From Camelus dromedarius (taxonomy: Eukaryota), in the NCBI RefSeq assembly GCF_036321535.1, contig NC_087472.1, positions 101,434,001 to 101,498,000 on the forward strand: 64,000 nucleotides of DNA. The letters run 5' to 3'. Under the pieces are notes generated by a model, which saw nothing but the letters and a program-made list of their open reading frames with translations, did no database searches and had not been told where the DNA came from. Within the stretch, counting starts at the first letter, position 1. Every line of letters begins with the position of its first letter. Below are positions 50,037 through 62,015 of the stretch, one piece after another. A program made the translations under genes and the position numbers.

Positions 50037-52829
50037 GTAGCGGCCGCGGCGCCCCCGTGCGGGCCGGGGTCCCCCCACCGCCCTCCCCGCGCGGACCTGC
50101 CACCGGGACGCAGGGGGCGCGCCGGGCTGGGCGCGCCTGGCGGGGCCCGGCGACCGGGGAGGGGCCTGCTCCCGGGGGCAGGACGGCGCCCGGAGGCCGG
50201 GGCCAGCGGGGAGGGCCGGGCGGGGGCGGGGACGCGGGCCGAGGCCGCCACCCGCGCGGCGTCCTCGGGCCCCGCTCCTGCTCCCGGCGCCGCGCACTGG
50301 CTGGCGGGGCTGGGGCCGGCTGGGGAGACGGCGCCGGCCGGCGGGGCGGGGTCCCCAAAGTGGGGTTTGGGCAGCCACTGGCGCTGGCAACGGGCGCAGA
50401 GGGCGGCGCGCGGCGGACTCCGCGCCCGGGCATCGCACCGGGCCGCCTCCGGCTCTGCCGCTCTGCCCCGGCCCGGAAAACCCGGTGCCTTCCAGGCCCT
50501 TCGAAAGATGGATTCTGTTGACGTATCTGGCGGCCCTGGCGAGCCGGGTGGAAAGTTGGGTTTTGCCAGATCGCGCTGGGCTCGTCTTTGTGACGCTCGA
50601 CCAGCCCCGCATCCTCCCGGAGCCGGGTGAGTGAGCGTCGGCGCCTGGAAGCCCTCGTGCCCCCCAATGCCCAGACCCGGGGTGGCCGCACCAGCTTGGG
50701 CTTTCTGCCATGTTAGGCACCGAGCAGCCTTCTCGCTGCATTTTTGCGTGCGTTTCAGCGGTGCTTTTTGCTGCGGAGGGAGTTATTGCTTCTCTCCGCG
50801 CTGGCTTTTTTCGGGGTTGGGGTTGTGCTCTGTGTGTTTGCTTGTTTGCCGTTTAAAGCCCGACTATTGTTCAGGATAAGCTCCGCCTGGGTGGAGAAAT
50901 GGCATCCCACCACAGTTGCCGGCGAAGGGTAGAAATGTTGCCAACAGCTGCTGCTTTGTGTTTCCCTATCAGAAGTCCCCGGAGTAGGTTTGGGGCACGA
51001 CGGATAGATGGAGAGAGGGAAGGGGCACGGAAGAAGAAGGTGGCTGTGGAGAAGCGAATCATCACCCACCCCATGGCACGAAGTCAGCCTCCCTTTCTGC
51101 CTGCCAAACTTTTATGAATATTCCTTTTGTGGCGGGGTGAAGCTTAATGAATTCAGCCCAGTTTTCAAGGGAAAAGCAACCCGGCTTTAACAATGGTTTG
51201 AGAACTTAATCAATGAGAAAAGCAGGGGGAGGGGGAGGAGGCGCTGATACCGTATCGGGGATGTGGCTGCTGCTTGCAGAGTCAGGTATGGGAGAGGTGG
51301 GCAGGGCAAGGCGCAGCGCCGGGGTGACCGCGTTCCCGGAACTGTCAGTAGCTCTTACCTGTACCCGCTGGAGCCACCACAGTCGTGCCCCCACCTCACG
51401 GTCTGGCTAGAACTCGGTGACGGGGCTTGAGGGGCCGCTCGCGGCAGTGCGCGGGGCCGGCCCCCTTCATCTGGCGTTTTTAAGGATGTGTAACTATTTT
51501 GCTGAGGATAAGTGACATCAACAGAATGATATTCCGCAGAGCCCGGGTGTGCAGCGATGATAAATAGATACGGCCAAACAAAGTTTTGATAACCGCGGAT
51601 TCTCATGGCTCGCTGTTTCATTTGGGTCTTTGTTTTTGTTGGTTTAGCCTTATCGCTCATCCTCTGGTGTGATCCCTTTATTTAGCTGATTCTTAGAAGC
51701 TTCTCTTTAGAACGGAGAGAAAAGCAGCCAGCAGGGAGAAAACAATTCTTAGCCTTGCATGCATCGGGCAAGGTTTTATGTGCTTTTCCCGGGGAATATT
51801 TCCCACCGTTTTCTAGATAAATCTCTTCCTCCTTTTCAGTCATCAGAATCGTTTGTTTATTGACCAAGAGACTTCTGATAACTTTGCAAATGTGTTGTGA
51901 TGTGCCTTTGTTATAGTTGAGGGGTGGCAGCGTGGGAGGAGAACAGTGGAGAGGTTAGTGGGTGGGAGCCGCTTACTAGAGCAGCCTTATGCCCCCACAC
52001 ACTGTTTTGTCCTTGGCGTTTTCTTCCTAAAGGGAAATATGGGAGCTCTGCCACTGTTGGAAGCTGGAGCGGCTGGAAGACTGGAAGCCCGGTGGCATCC
52101 CGGTTTCTCTGCCTCTTAGAAGCCCAGAAAAGCCACCTACCCACCCACCCCCTACACACAATATCCTATGAATGGGCACGTCTGTCTCATCCTGACAGAT
52201 GCCCACTAGAGGCATCTACAAGGTGACTGGGCACTGGGAGCCAAGACAGACTGGCACTTGGGGTACTGGCTGCTCTGGCACCAGCCCATAGGATTGGTCA
52301 GCCACCCAGGGGGGTCCTTTATCATGCAAAGAAGCCCCAGACCTCCAGAGGTGAGATTTGGCCCAGGAAAACCTGCCCATTTCAGGAATAAATGAGAAAA
52401 CAGCTTTCCGGGTGATGCCAGTTGCCAACGTGAGAACTTGGTTGGTGGGCATTAGGGCTATAACTGTAAAACAAGTGAAAAGTCTTGTAGCCAGAAAACA
52501 GAGCCACCAACACAGGGCACCTGAAATGCAAAAAAAAAAAAAAAAGAGAGAAAAAGAAAAGGCTGGGAGGTGTGTGACAAGGTGTTGCTGGGAGTGCTAT
52601 AGCATCAGGAAACCAATATGGCTCTAGCTGTAATGACCCAAAAACTAGATAGGACTGGTCTCCCCAAAACTCAGAATGGAGGTATTTTTTATGTAGAGAT
52701 ACCCATACACACTGTGCTCTGAATCTACAATAGGAAAATAGCAAATGTCTGTTTTCTGACTCCTTCTGTAACCTTAGATTTAGGGGAGGAGGGTGGTGGA
52801 GGAGAGTAAGTCCAGAAGGAAATTAACAT

Positions 52830-52960
52830 TTGTTGTTGCCCTCTGTCTGCCAAACACTTCACATGTGGGAAACCATGATGTGACAGAGGCATTATTTTAC
52901 AGATAAGGAATTTGAGGCTCAGAGAAATTTCCAATCACGTGTCTGATTCCACACTTCAGT
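52830..52960 (-). mobile_element. MIR SINE fragment (another at ~53400-53510)
   Basis: attttacagataaggaatttgaggctcagaga; catgaggaaactgaggctgagacagattaagtaatttgcctgagg. Confidence 0.7.
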
Positions 52961-54547
52961 GGTTACAACTTAAAGAGGCAACATGATCCTCCCCCAAGTC
53001 TCTTACTTATTTCTCCCAAAGACCAGAGTCTTAGCCCCTACCCATTCATAAAATATGGTACATGACTGGGGGTGGGGGCACCAGTGAAGCAGTCCAGCCA
53101 TCAGGGTACATGCTTATGTGCCAAGTAGATAGAACCCAAATAGTCCCTAACTATTTCACATGGGAAGACTGTGCCTTTTCATCTTGGAATCCCCAACATC
53201 CGACTGTTGCTTAATAAATGAGAGTTGAATGACTAAATGATGGAGCTGATGGAGTGAATGGTGGTGAAAGGGAGCTGTAAGTCATTGTCAAGGGAGAAAT
53301 CCAGAGATTTGTGTTTGGTTGGGGACTTGGAGCTCCTGGTGTCGTGCTCCAGTTCTAGCCCTGGGAAGTTCCCAGCTGACAAGCCCACGAGAAATGGGCA
53401 AAGCATTCCATCTTGTACATGAGGAAACTGAGGCTGAGACAGATTAAGTAATTTGCCTGAGGCCTATGGTGGAGCCAAAGGTTGGGTAAGGTATTTCTGA
53501 CTCTTAAACATCTCAAATAAATAAACTCTCAATAAAAATGAGGTGGGGTCTTGCTATGCAAATACACCATCAAAGCAAGTCCTTTAGCCCCCTTCCAACT
53601 AGATGTAGCCTTTAACTTCCTAGAAATTCTGGAGCCACTGAGAGAGCTAGGATTTGAAGCCATATATGAGATGTTTCTGACTCTGCTGCCTCCCTGATCA
53701 GAATACAAGGGGAACTTCAGAGAATGAGGCTCTCAAGTAGGGGAAAATATGGCTAATTGCACTCTCCCCTGCATAAAAGCCTGTGTGGGATTCTGAATTA
53801 AGCTTGATTTGGGCATCAGGGTGACATCCTTGCTGTAGAGTTGGCAGCACTTGTCTTTGGAGAATGCTTCTGATTACCACTTCTCCCTCCCACCTGACCG
53901 TCTGCCCAGATGCCCGTCGTCTCATTCTTTCCAGACTCAAGGTGTCTCCTTTGTGGCTCACAATTTCTGATGAGTCTCTCAAGTCTACTGCTCGGTGTTC
54001 TGATGACAGCTGCTGAGGAGGTGATTTGGGGGACCAAATTAGTACTTCTAGATTTCGCTCATGACCCTCCTTTTCTCTCCAGCCGAGATCACACACAAGA
54101 ACACACATGCACATACAGATGCAGGCGCAGGTAATTTGATCATATTTCTGTGTCTGCTTCACCAAATTAGATTGCAAGCCCAGAGTTGTTATTGAAAGAA
54201 CATACGTGACTTTGGTGATCTTCTGTTCCAGCCCCTGCCTTCAGCAGATCGGAAGAGCTAAGATACAAGCTGCTCAAGCAGCAGATGCCTTAAATAATGA
54301 TGATACTCGCTGGCCTTCCCGCTGCTGCAGGGGCAGCCCCCCACAGTGTCGGCACAGGCAGCCCCCCACAGTGTGAGCATGGGCCCTGGGCCTCTCGCAA
54401 GAGCCCATTTTTATCTCCACTTAGAGGTCAGGCTGGGCTTCTAGAACATCCCAGCCCTTGCCATTCCCACTGGTGCTCTCATTCTTATAGTCCATCCTGC
54501 TCTCAACTGTCAGTCTGTTTCCCACAGCCTTTTTGGTCTTTCAGCCC

Positions 54548-54905
54548 AGCACTGTCTAATAGAACTTTTTATGATGATGGAAATATTCTATATATGCACT
54601 GTCTGTCTGGTATAGTAGCCTCTAGTCACATGTGGCTTTTGAGCATTTGAAAGGTGGCTAGTCCAAAGTAGGATGTGCTGCGAGAATAACATATGCGCAG
54701 GATTTCTAAGACTTAGTACCAAAAAAGAATGCAAAATAGCTCATTAATAACTTGTATATTGATTACATGGTAAAATGATAATATTTTGCATATATTGGTT
54801 AAATAAGCTAGAGTATTAAAATTAATGTCATCTGTTCCTTTTAATCTTTTTAATGTGCCTACTAGAAACTTTAAAATTATATATATGTATTTCTCTTAGG
54901 CAGTC
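54548..54905. mobile_element. MER33/MER3-type (Charlie5-derived) element
   Basis: cagcactgtctaatagaac..ctagtcacatgtggct..ggatttctaagacttagta..ctactagaaactttaaaatta. Confidence 0.85.
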
Positions 54906-57002
54906 TTTGCTCCACCAGCCTGTGCCTTCATCCTTGTAGCACTTCCAGAAGTTTCGGGGGGCATAAATGCCCTGTGTCTCTGTGGCAGATGGGAGGCATG
55001 GTGCTGACTCAGGAGCTACAATGGCCTGGCATCAGGCAACTTTGATTTTCAGTGGTGAAGGTGCTATTTTGGGGAGTCCCCATCAAGCCTACCCATGAGC
55101 ACGTTTGCTCAGTCACCTTCTGTGAGATATGCAGGTTCCAGAAACTTAATGGAGATGAGAGAGCAAGGCGGGGGTGGGGGTGGGGGCGGGCGGGCGGGAC
55201 TGGCTTTCCTCTCCTCCATCCCAGCCTACCCCAGGCTGGTGTCCTTGTCCATTGGAGAGCCGTCTCCCGCCTGAGCAGCTGATTTCCTTGACACCTGCTC
55301 TAATAATATCCTTCCCGGGTATGTGTGTTTAGAGAATAGTGTTCCAAGCAGACACCCTAATGCTGAGAGTGGGTTATTTGGGGCCAGGGCCAGTCTTAAA
55401 GAAGAGAAAGGAAAAGGGGGGATGCACATAGTCATTTCCTGACAGCTTGATGAAAACAAGAGCAAGGGAATAAATACAGCTTTTGCAAGAGAGACAGAGT
55501 AAATGCAAGGAAGCCCAATTTCACAGGCCCGCGGTGCCACAGATGAGGAACCCTGAGCAAGAGACAATTCAGGAGTGGGACGGGGAAGGCTGGCAGTGGG
55601 CACTGTGGTCATCCTGGTCCCTTCCCTGGGCCCTGGGCATGGCCCAGGAAATGAAAAGAGCTGCAAGAATGAACTTGGGGCTGTGGTGATTTATAGGTCA
55701 GGCGCCTGTGGCTCTGGCTCCTGAGGGGGCTGCCCCCACAGGGACCCTTGGCTGACCTCCTTGAGCTCCTCGGAAGGAGCTGGTTTTGTTTCCCATGGCA
55801 GAAGCAGACTGTTTACTGGAGCACAGGAAGAATCCGACATTCTGGCGAAAAATAATTCATTAACAGCCAGGGTATTACCAGTTCCCTGGAAAAGCTCCTC
55901 CAGCTGCACGGTAGCAACTGTTCTTTCTCAGCAGCAGAAGTGGGCCTCGCTGGCAGCCAAGATGGGGTGTGTTTGGGCATTTTTGTCGTCATTGTTATTT
56001 TTGCCTTTGTGTGTATGCCCACTTTTGCCTCATGATTCGGAGAAAGGAATGGTGGCCCGAAAGGATGGAAATGGTATAGATGTCGGCCATCCTTTCCTCC
56101 ATGGTTTTAGCTGGGAAGCTCTAGGCCAACTCTGGGAACATGCATTTTTCCTGACCGAAGCCCATCCCCATGCTGAGGGCACAGCACAGCCCCACAGGAT
56201 GTTCTCGAACTAAAGGAATTTTAGAAAATCTCAGCACCTGCTCATAAGACTTTATGGAAACAGTTGGCTGAAGGACTCCCACCCCCACCTCCCTGCATAC
56301 ACACATACACTCCCCAGGCAGAACATGCTATCTTGGTTGTGTGGAATTCTTTGCTTACTATTAATTGGCACAGTGGGGCCGAAGTATGTGATTCATCATC
56401 CTAGTTTTGAGGGTATTTGGAAAGCCGGGCAGGCATAACCAAGAGAATGGGCTGCATGTTTTGCTGTCTCAAGAATGGTTGAATCTACAGTAAATAAAAT
56501 GGAGTGATTCAGGAAGCTTTTTATGCTCTGCAAAACTGCTTAAAAAAAGAGTTTTTGTCTGCTTGTTTGTTTTTTAATGCCGTATGCTCAGAAATGTGTA
56601 CCCAGCTAGCGAGAAATGGGAAAGAATGGCATCTCCTTGGTTTAGTTTTTTAAAAACTCTGTAATTGCAGATTAAATAAGATGGAACATATTGATTTTGG
56701 TTTTGTATGGAACATAACTAGATAATCATTTTATCTTATGAGATATTAATTTCCATCCATTTAGACTGATGAAATATGCATTTTAAATGCACCCTGCCTA
56801 GCCCCACCATCATCACAGTATTTCTTTAATGTTCCTAGATTCAGCTTGAGAACCTGTTTCATTTATTTGGAAAGGAGTAAATATGCCCTTAGTAAACATA
56901 TATGTAAGCCAACCTTAGATTTCAAAGAAAATGGGATTCTCTCCTTTGATGATTGCCTAGATATGAATATTAAAGGCCAAGTGTATTTGCCTTTATCTAG
57001 AG

Positions 57003-57223
57003 CACAGTTTCTCCATCTCGGCCCTATTGACATTTTAGGCCAGGTCTTTCTTTGCCGTGGATCTGCCCTGTGTAATTTAGGATGTTGAGCAGCGTCCCTG
57101 GCCTCTACCTACTAGACGCTAGAAGTGTCACCCCCTCAGCCCTAGGTGTGATAGCCAAAAATGTCTCCAGACCTTGCCAAATGTCCCGTCTGGGGCAAAA
57201 TGGTCCCTGGCTGAGAACCACTG
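57003..57223. mobile_element. MER20 hAT-Charlie element
   Basis: tccctggcctctacctactaga..aaaaatgtctccagac..tgccaaatgtccc..tgagaaccactg, with ctaga-containing flanks. Confidence 0.9.
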
Positions 57224-60200
57224 GCCTAGACCAAGATTTAATAAGCAATTTGTGGCTTTTGGAAAATTCAGTTTGATAATAAAAGATACAACAATTTCTC
57301 CCTCTGACTTATATATTATACAAGTCATGGGGGTGATTAATAAACATTTGGAAGTGGGTCGTGTGCCTGATTTAATTCTAAGGTGGGTGGAAGGGTCTAT
57401 AAGATTGTATAGGCACAGATATTTTTAAAGGAAGGCGATTGAATCAGTCCTAGGTAACTGGGGGGCACACTGTAATAACTAATGGCTTCTCTTTCATGCA
57501 GAGAACAGGTCTATTCCTCCCTAATTTCTTTTGCAAATGCACTTGATTCCAGGCATGCCTTCAAAGCCACCAGGCATCTTCTTCCACCCGCACCCCCTCC
57601 CCACTATCATTTCTCCTGTAGCATCTTAAGCCTGAGCCAATTAATTTAGCCCTTTAGTGTACTTGGGAGAGCTCTGCTCATAACACTGTAATAGACTCAT
57701 TTCAGATCGTGGCAGCCCTTTACCCACCACTAATTTCTGGGTTTTCCAGTACTGTTGAGAGAGAAAGTCAATGGTGGGGAGATGGAGCATTTTTCAAAAT
57801 TATTGGACATTCAAATTCCATGGGCTCCACACTCCTCCCAGTTTTCCCCCCTCTTACACACATTTGTTTCTTTGCAGCAGTTCTGCCTGGGAAAGAGAGC
57901 GGCAGCAGGGCTCCTTCAGCCAGCTCAGTCCTGGTAATGCCTGCAGTCAGCAGCAACAGCTGGAGTGCTGCAGCTGGACGAGCCCTCGGCCATCTTCTTC
58001 CTGGTGGTCCCTAGAAAGGCTAGAAGCAGGGGAGTGAGTCATGCCTTCACCGGGAAGGTGTCATGGGGGTAAGCCATTCCCTGCCCATCCGTGAAAATGG
58101 GATGGGCGCTTGCAGGACAGAGAGAGAAGAGAGAAGAGGATTGCTCATCACACTGGATGGTGTCCCGGAGCCAGCCCTGCCTTGACAGTCTTTGGAGTGG
58201 GATGGGCGTTTGGGGGTGCTCAGGCGTATGGCCAGGTGCCCAATGCAGACATCAGTGGGAGCACTTCATTTTGCAGCCATCCAAAGCAGGCTGACCTTTT
58301 CCAAAGAGTATCTGAAGGAATTCCGAGCGTCTGTATAGAGGGATTCCTTTGCAGGCTTGGCCAGTGAGGAAAGATAGAAAGGTGAGCAGGTAGGGGTTTG
58401 CCAGGCCAGCAAGAGACCTTCATGGGTGAGTTCTAGCCTCCCTTGAAGAGCAGTTTGACTCTTCCTTGTTGGCATGAAGGAAGAGACAGTGAGCTGGCAG
58501 ACATCCACCGCGTACTGGGTCCAGGCAGATAAGTAATTGTTTTGCAGCATATGATACTTGGTCATTCTAAGTTGCCTGTCCCTCGCAGGCCAGGATTTGG
58601 GTGATGGCTGTAACACTGGGAGAGAAAACAGGATCATAAATCTGGGCTTTGGAGGCCAGTTTTGTGGTGCAGAGGCCACTGGGGCCACTGCTGTGTGCTG
58701 CAGAAGCCAACAGACAGGTCCGAGCGGTATGTTGTTCCTCAAAATAATGGCAATGGAAATGGCTGTGAAAAACATTTAGGCCCTTGTCATAAAAATGCAA
58801 ACAGTCTTCCTGCTATAGGGAAAAGCTAAATAAACTCTATTGCAGCTGTATTAAGTAGAAACAGATTTGAAAATCGGGTGTTTTTTTTCCTGAGACACTT
58901 ATTTATAGCAGGTTGGGCAAAGGCTGCCACTATCTTTCGCGACTCCGGAAGAGTGTTTTCCAGATGGTCCTTGCTGTTTTTCTCTTTATTAAGCTTAGCT
59001 GAACACGGCCACGCTTGGAAAGATTCATTGAAAATGGTGTTATTTTTTTCAGATTACAATGGCCATTGATTGGCTAACAAATCACTGGATGGGAATGGAT
59101 TGAGCTTGTGCAGATAGAATTTCCTTTTGCATTTAAAAATAAGAAAAATGTCAAGGAAGACTAAAGGTAGGGGAGCTATTTCGACTATATACATCAGAGC
59201 TTTGGAAACCATTCAGGGCTGGATTTTCTATTAATTTACACTTGCATTTTTTTTTCTAAAACAATGCCCTCCTCTTTGCAAAAACTCTACAACGTTACTG
59301 TTTCCTTTCCAACATCTAAACAATGTCCAGATACATTTTGGATTGAGCAATTAGCTCTGGCTGCAATTTCCTTTTAAGAAAAAAAAATTCACTAACCCTC
59401 TGGACTAAATATGAAATTATTGAATATGAAACTATCAATATGAGACCATTTGTCCCAGGATCCTTGGTGGCTTATCACTTGCATTTTAAGAAGGCAAGAA
59501 GACATTGAAGCTGCCTGGTCCTTCTGTATTGGACACACCTAGGCCAGAAACCTCAAGCTTTGTTTTTGCTCTTAGCAACTGGGCAGGTGGATTTGGGGTC
59601 ATCAAGGCTGATTCTTACAGCCCAAACCACACTGGGAACCGTTTTGGAAAGTCACATAAACCAGTGATCCCCACAGACCAGGCTTGAGAACCACCTCCTG
59701 CATGGGACAAAATTTCTACCCATTCATAGTGAAATGGAAGAAGAGTGAAAATGTAGTGAGTTTTTCTGTTAAAGCTAAACCTTTTCCTTTTTATAAAACT
59801 TCCCTTTATTCTAGAATGGCCTTTCCCACTTTTCTTAGTGTTAAAAAGTCTCATTTGTGAATGATGGCATTTGTAGTTTAACATCTTTTTTTTGATGTAG
59901 TCAGAAATTGTCCAACTCATGTTGGATCCACCTCTTTTTTTTTTTTTAATGTTACTCATCCAGAACATTAAAAAGTCTGTGATTCACCCAGGAGGCCTGA
60001 CTAGATCAGGAAAGGGAGCCTTTGTTATGATTTCTAAGCCCAGAAAAGCAACCTGAGTGAAGGTCCTGCTCCCAGTCCCTTACCTGACTCTTCTGACCCA
60101 CCACCCACAGAGCTGACTTTGTCCAAAGCCTATGAGAAGAATGGAATTGCTTCTCCAGAGGAGTTTGAAGGGGAAACTGGCCTCTTGGACATGATACCTA

Positions 60201-60599
60201 AGGATCCAGCCTCAGTGCTAGGAGCCTGGACCCTTTATCCCTTGCTCCCAATGTCACCTCTGCTGCCAGTTCACATAGGTTCGACCCCCATCCTCCTCTC
60301 CTCAGCCTTACCCACCACTTCCATGAGCACAGGCCTCAGCACAGCTCACTGGGTGTATCCTCAGTCTCCCCACTGCTCTGCCCCACTCCTGTCCTTGCTT
60401 CCTCAGCTGTTGTTCCTCTTGCTAAAGCACCCCTCTTAATTTCATCATTCTAGCTCAAGAACATTCAGTGACTCCCTATTTCCTAATTAGATAAAACTCC
60501 CATGCGAAGCCCTATTCCCATTTTCCCAGACCATTCTCCCCTTCATGACTGCTCTTCAGTAGAGAGGAGGTCTCCAGATTATACTCTTGGCTGTGTTTT

Positions 60600-61047
60600 T
60601 TTTTTTTTTTATCGAAGTATAGTTGATTTACAATGTTGTGTTGGTTTTGGGTGTACAGCAAAATATATATTAATTTTCAAATTCTTTTCCATTATAGGTT
60701 ATTATAAGATATTAAATATAGTTCTCTGTGCTATGCAGTATGACTTTGTTGTGTATCTGTGTTATATATAATAGTGTATATCTGTTAATTCTAAACTCCT
60801 AATTTATCCCTTCCCCACCTTTCCCCTTTGGTAACCATAAGTTTCTTTTCTACTCTGTGAGTCTATTTCTGTTTTGTAAATTAGTTTACTTGTATAATTT
60901 TTTTAGATTTCACATATAAGTGATATCATATAATATTTGTCTTTCTCAGTCTGACTAACTTCACTTAGTATGATAATCTCTAGGTCCATCTGTGTTGCTG
61001 CAGATGGTATTAGTTCATTCTTTTTTTATGGCTGAGTAGTATTCCAT

Positions 61048-61092
<45 letters not shown>

Positions 61093-61348
61093 ACACCACA
61101 TCTTCTTTATCCATTCATCTGTTGATGGACCCTTAGGTTGCTTCCATGTCTTGGCTGTTGTAAACAGTGCCACCATGAACATTGGGGTACATGTATCTTT
61201 TTGGAGTTTTCTCTGGATATATGCCCAGGAGTGGGATTGCTGGGTCATATGGTAACTCTACTCTATTTTTAGTTTTTTTAAGGAACTTCCATAGTGTTCT
61301 TCATAGTGGCTGCACAGCTTACATCCCCTGTACATTTTTTTGATGATG
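60600..61348 (-). mobile_element. 5'-truncated LINE-1 3' end with clear TSD, antisense in the intron
   Basis: Poly-T tail and minus translation TCTPMFMVALFTTAKTWKQPKGPSTDEWIKKMW. TSD tcttggctgtgtttt (60585) / tctcggctgtgtttt (61349), 14 of 15 identical. Confidence 0.93.
61050..61090. repeat. (TG)n microsatellite inside L1
   Basis: Directly visible. Confidence 0.97.
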
Positions 61349-61799
61349 TCTCGGCTGTGTTTTGTTTGCTTTCTTTATGGGGTGAGGTTTACAAGAAGGT
61401 TACAAGATCTCTTGGGCATCTTTCTAGATGAAGAACACTGAAGCCTTGAGTCTAATGTAATGGGCCTCCCCAGGATTGTGGCATTAGTGGTTAAAAAAAA
61501 AAGAAGGAAAAAGGCTCACACAAAATGATACTCTCTGTCTTCAAGAATTGTAGCCTTACTACAAGTCTCCTATACACTGCTTCTGGATTAGAATGCTCCA
61601 TTTCTGACCTGCCAGCAAATGGGTATTACTTCAGGATGGCACTGCTGGCTTGTCCTGCTGAGAACAGAACCACTCACACAAGCTTCAAAATTTGCAACTG
61701 AAATGTAGTGAAAGGAGTCCATCTTAGCCAATGCAGACTGTCCACTCCATTAGAAAATGTCTCCAAAGGCTGCTTATAAAATCATAACAGCAACAATAT

Positions 61800-62005
61800 G
61801 ACCTGTCATTTATCAAGCTCGTGCTATAGGCTGGGCAGTTATACTAGGTGATTTACAGCTATTATTTTAGTTCCCACTCCATAACAACCATCTGAGGTGG
61901 GTGGGTATTTTGAGCTTCATTTCAAAAAGGAGAAATCAGGGGCCCAGAGAGGGTTAGTAACTTACACAAGGTCACACAGCTCGTAGAAGGTGGAACTGGG
62001 ATTGT
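61800..62005 (-). mobile_element. MIR SINE
   Basis: ataacaaccatctgaggtggg..cagagagggttagtaacttacacaaggtcacacagct. Confidence 0.75.
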
Positions 62006-62015
62006 CCACAACCTG

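Larger units (their letters stand above)
49540..51620. promoter_or_regulatory. CpG island promoter
   Basis: Sharp rise in GC content and CpG density against a CpG-depleted background. Repeat-free, with multiple GC boxes. Confidence 0.95.

Noticed and set aside
49363..50741. Long overlapping ORFs in the CpG island (up to 351 aa, both strands)
   Set aside because: Low-complexity Pro/Gly/Arg/Ala translations in nearly all frames, as expected from stop-codon scarcity at very high GC. No recognisable domain.
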